This document shows, piece by piece, positions 60,979 to 64,000 of a stretch of 64,000 bases of DNA. Positions within the stretch are counted from its first letter, which is position 1. Each line of letters starts with the position of its first letter. The DNA is from Podarcis muralis (taxonomy: Eukaryota): contig NC_135656.1 in assembly GCF_964188315.1 (NCBI RefSeq), positions 100,564,001 through 100,628,000 of the forward strand, in the 5' to 3' direction. The position numbers and the translations under genes are program-made. The notes beneath the pieces were generated by a model that searched no databases, was not told the origin of the DNA, and saw only the letters and a program-made list of their open reading frames with translations.

Positions 60979-61326
60979 AAAGGTAAAGGTACTCCTGACC
61001 GTTAGGTCCAGTTGTGGACAACTCTGGGGTTGCGGTGCTCATCTAGCTTTATTGGCCAAGGGAGCCGGCATACAGCTTCCGGGTCATGTGGCCAGCATGA
61101 CAAAGCCGCTTCGGGCGAAGCAGAGCAGCAAACGGAAATGCCGTTTACCTTCCCGCCGGAGCAGTACCTATTTATCTACTTGCACTTTGACGTGCTTTCG
61201 AACTGCTAGGTGGGCAGGAGCATGGACCAAACAACGGGAGCGCACCCCGTCGTGGGGATTCGAACTGCCAACGTTCTGATCGACAAGCCCTAGACTCTGT
61301 GGTTTAGACCACAGCACCACCCATGT
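60979..61326 (-). mobile_element. Sauria SINE
   Basis: Full-length antisense copy. Confidence 0.9.
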
Positions 61327-64000
61327 ACATACATACGTCTCCCTAATACAGGCGTGGGCAAACTATGGCCCTCTAGATGTTTGGGACTACAATTCCCATC
61401 ATCCCTAGCTAACAGGACCAATGGATTAGGTAGATTTGGCTTTTAGTGAGAATTGAATCAATTTCCCTTCAGTCGCTGGTCACCAGCAAATGATACATAC
61501 AACTACATGCTTTGCAGAAGTGTAAACCCAGTGACTATAACAGCTGAGCATTGCTTTGAACCTTGGTCGTCCCACATCTAAACCAAACACTATTTACTGA
61601 TTGTACGAATAGTACAGTCCCATAGTATGATCTCTGTTTTTTGGATGGGGAGCAATCCTTGTCTCTTGGCAGTATTTACTTTCCTAGTCTCATTACCATT
61701 TATTTTGTTTTATTTTCCCCCTCCACTGCCCTTCCTAATGTTTCCAATATTCAGTGTTTGCCCCTTCAGTCTGTAAATCTCTCCTTAAAGCCAGCCTTTT
61801 CTACCTGGGTTCCTTTCCTCTACTGCAAATATCATGTGCGTCAGAACTCCTTTGGCTCAGAAATTTCAACAAGCACTAATAAATCTGTAATATGGTCTTG
61901 TATAAATGAATATTAATATTGTCTACCAAGAGGATTTTTTTAACCTTTTACAATGAAGCAAGGAGGGGGAAGCAAGCTAGCGGCACAAACTAATTTAAAA
62001 ATAAATAAAAAATGAGCATTTTTTTAAATGACTATTCCTGGCTACTGGAAAACAGGATTCTCTACTTTCCAATCCAGTTTTCCAGCCTTCACTCATTGGG
62101 ATAATGAATCTACCACTTCACTTCCATCACCAGCTATCATTTGAAGTCTTAAGCTATTACCGCACTGCCAGTTATTTTTGGTGCTTTAAAAAGCATTTAT
62201 TCCCTTTCATGCCTTAATATTTTATTATGATTATATATATTTTTATACTCTGCCTTTTCCCCTGATGGGGCAGTTTATGGGTAAAAATGATAATTACTTA
62301 AAACATGGGGTGGGAGTGGGAAATGATAATTAAAACAACAACTGCAACTTTGACCAGCACCACTTTGGGAATTATAACATGTAGCCCCCAACAGATATTA
62401 CCTGAGCAGTCTAAAGGAAGAATGGTGGAGCAGTCAGCTTTCAGTGAAAATGAGCAAGAGTCATATTGACATAAAGTGGGAATAATGGAAAGTTGATGGC
62501 ACTAGACTGCAGGCCACTGGTCCTTTGGCAGGGCCAGGTATGGGGAGAGTTATTTGGGCCAGACAATCCCCAAGGTTAATTTTACATGGCATTCTTCATA
62601 AAACCAAGGTAATTCTAATGACAAGGAGGATAGCGCTACGTCAAATAGCTGACAGCAGAAATCAGGGAAATAATTCTTGTTAATGTGAATGTTGCCCTCC
62701 AAGCAATGCAAAGATCAGAGACTTGAGACAACGCAAAAGCAAGTGGCTTCATACAGAGCAGTGACAATTAAAGTTTAAAGCCCTATTGCACACTGTGACC
62801 TATACACCTTGAACCATGTTCTTAGGTTACTTTAGCAGTGTGACCCCTCCACACTTCCCAATCAGTTATGGCCCTGGGATGATGACTTATACCAGAAGTG
62901 AGGATCCTGTGGCCCTCATAATGCTGCAAGATTTCAACTCCTACCATCCTGAATCCTGAATAACATTGACCGTACTGGCTGGATCTGATGAACGTTGAAG
63001 TCCAACCATTTCTGGAGGGCTATGGGTCTACAACCCTGGCTTATCCCCTCCCGCTGCCTTGGGAACCTTTGACTTTCCCCTCGACTTTCCATTTGCACTA
63101 GCAAATTGTTTTAAAAAGTGCTATTCTAGACAGCCACCAGCAGTTGCCTAATGGTAAGACCAGCTGCTGTTTTAGTCAGCTGCTTATAGCAACAGACAGC
63201 ATGGCTTGGATTTCCCTAAGTGTAACTATGATAATACAATCTTTTACAAGTAATCCTTTTGTAATCTTGGGGCAATGAAGAATAAATAACAGTGTTTTAA
63301 AAGACAAAATGCCTGAGTGAACACACAGCAAATCGTTTCACAAATGGCTTCGCATGGGATTTGATGGAACTGTAGGTTGGAATCAATACACAGAACATTC
63401 TACTAACAATCTGAAGTGACATCCCAGTATCTTTAGAAATGCCATTTGCATTGTTCGTTTTAAGTCTGCCCACACCCAAGTTAGTCTGTTTTTTCTTATC
63501 CCTCCTTTTTTTCTCCTCCCCCTTTTTCCTGACTTTATTCTACCTCCTCTTCAGCCATTGCTTAAGAACTGCCCATAAAGAAGGTCGTTATGGCCTTTAC
63601 CTTTTTGACTCTGTTGGACAAAAGCCAAATGTTATTGATCACATTTTCTAGGAAAAAGGCTAATAACTGCTACACCAGGGGGAGCAGCAGGCTAAAGTAA
63701 TGATAGTGTGTGATCGCTGCGAGAAAGCTTCCAAAATAAGGGATTAATTTGCTTGTTTGGATTGCAAATTATGACTAATTGTTGGCCAATGAGCCAAGGC
63801 ATGATGAATTTGCACAATATCTCAGACTCCTGGATACATTGCTTGACTACCGTAAATAACCGGCTGTTTTTCCTTTTGTCAGACCCGGGGTTATTCCTCG
63901 ATAGGATGAGATCAGGAAATGAAAGAATCAGTGAAAAGAAATTCAGGTTGGGAAGGAATGAACCATATACAGGAATAGGGCAGACACACAAAAATGACAT

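Larger units (their letters stand above)
4994..64000 (+). other. CADPS: CADPS intron 1 (runs beyond the window end)
   Basis: GT donor at 4994. No sequence encoding exon 2 ([23 protein letters not shown]) was seen downstream. A very large first intron is known for vertebrate CADPS. Confidence 0.8.

Overview
Vertebrate (lizard) genomic DNA, most likely a lacertid: it carries Sauria-type SINEs with (ACCTTT)n tails, Squam3-type SINEs with (CTT)n tails, and Bov-B, CR1, L2 and Penelope fragments. The only supportable gene is the 5' end of CADPS (CAPS1, calcium-dependent secretion activator 1) on the + strand. It comprises a CpG-island promoter with a near-consensus RE1/NRSE site, a GC-rich 5' leader, and coding exon 1 (4640-4993, 118 codons ending RRQQK|gtaacg). 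The rest of the window (about 59 kb) is intron 1; I did not find exon 2 ([13 protein letters not shown]...). The intron is packed with SINEs, LINE fragments, hAT and Tc1/pogo MITEs (several nested, with clean TSDs), two solo LTRs, microsatellites, one 156-N gap and several repeat-free, motif-dense blocks that may be conserved enhancers. Almost all ORFs in the supplied track are TE-derived or chance ORFs. I found no clearly new biological system. The best leads are the RE1 site, a uORF, an antisense triple-CCAAT/TATA/YY1 promoter module, two tRNA-head SINE variants sharing one CR1 tail, a CpG-rich MITE variant, and an abundant ~85-bp hairpin element. Repeat-family names come from recalled consensus features, not database searches, and the coordinates of degraded repeats are approximate.
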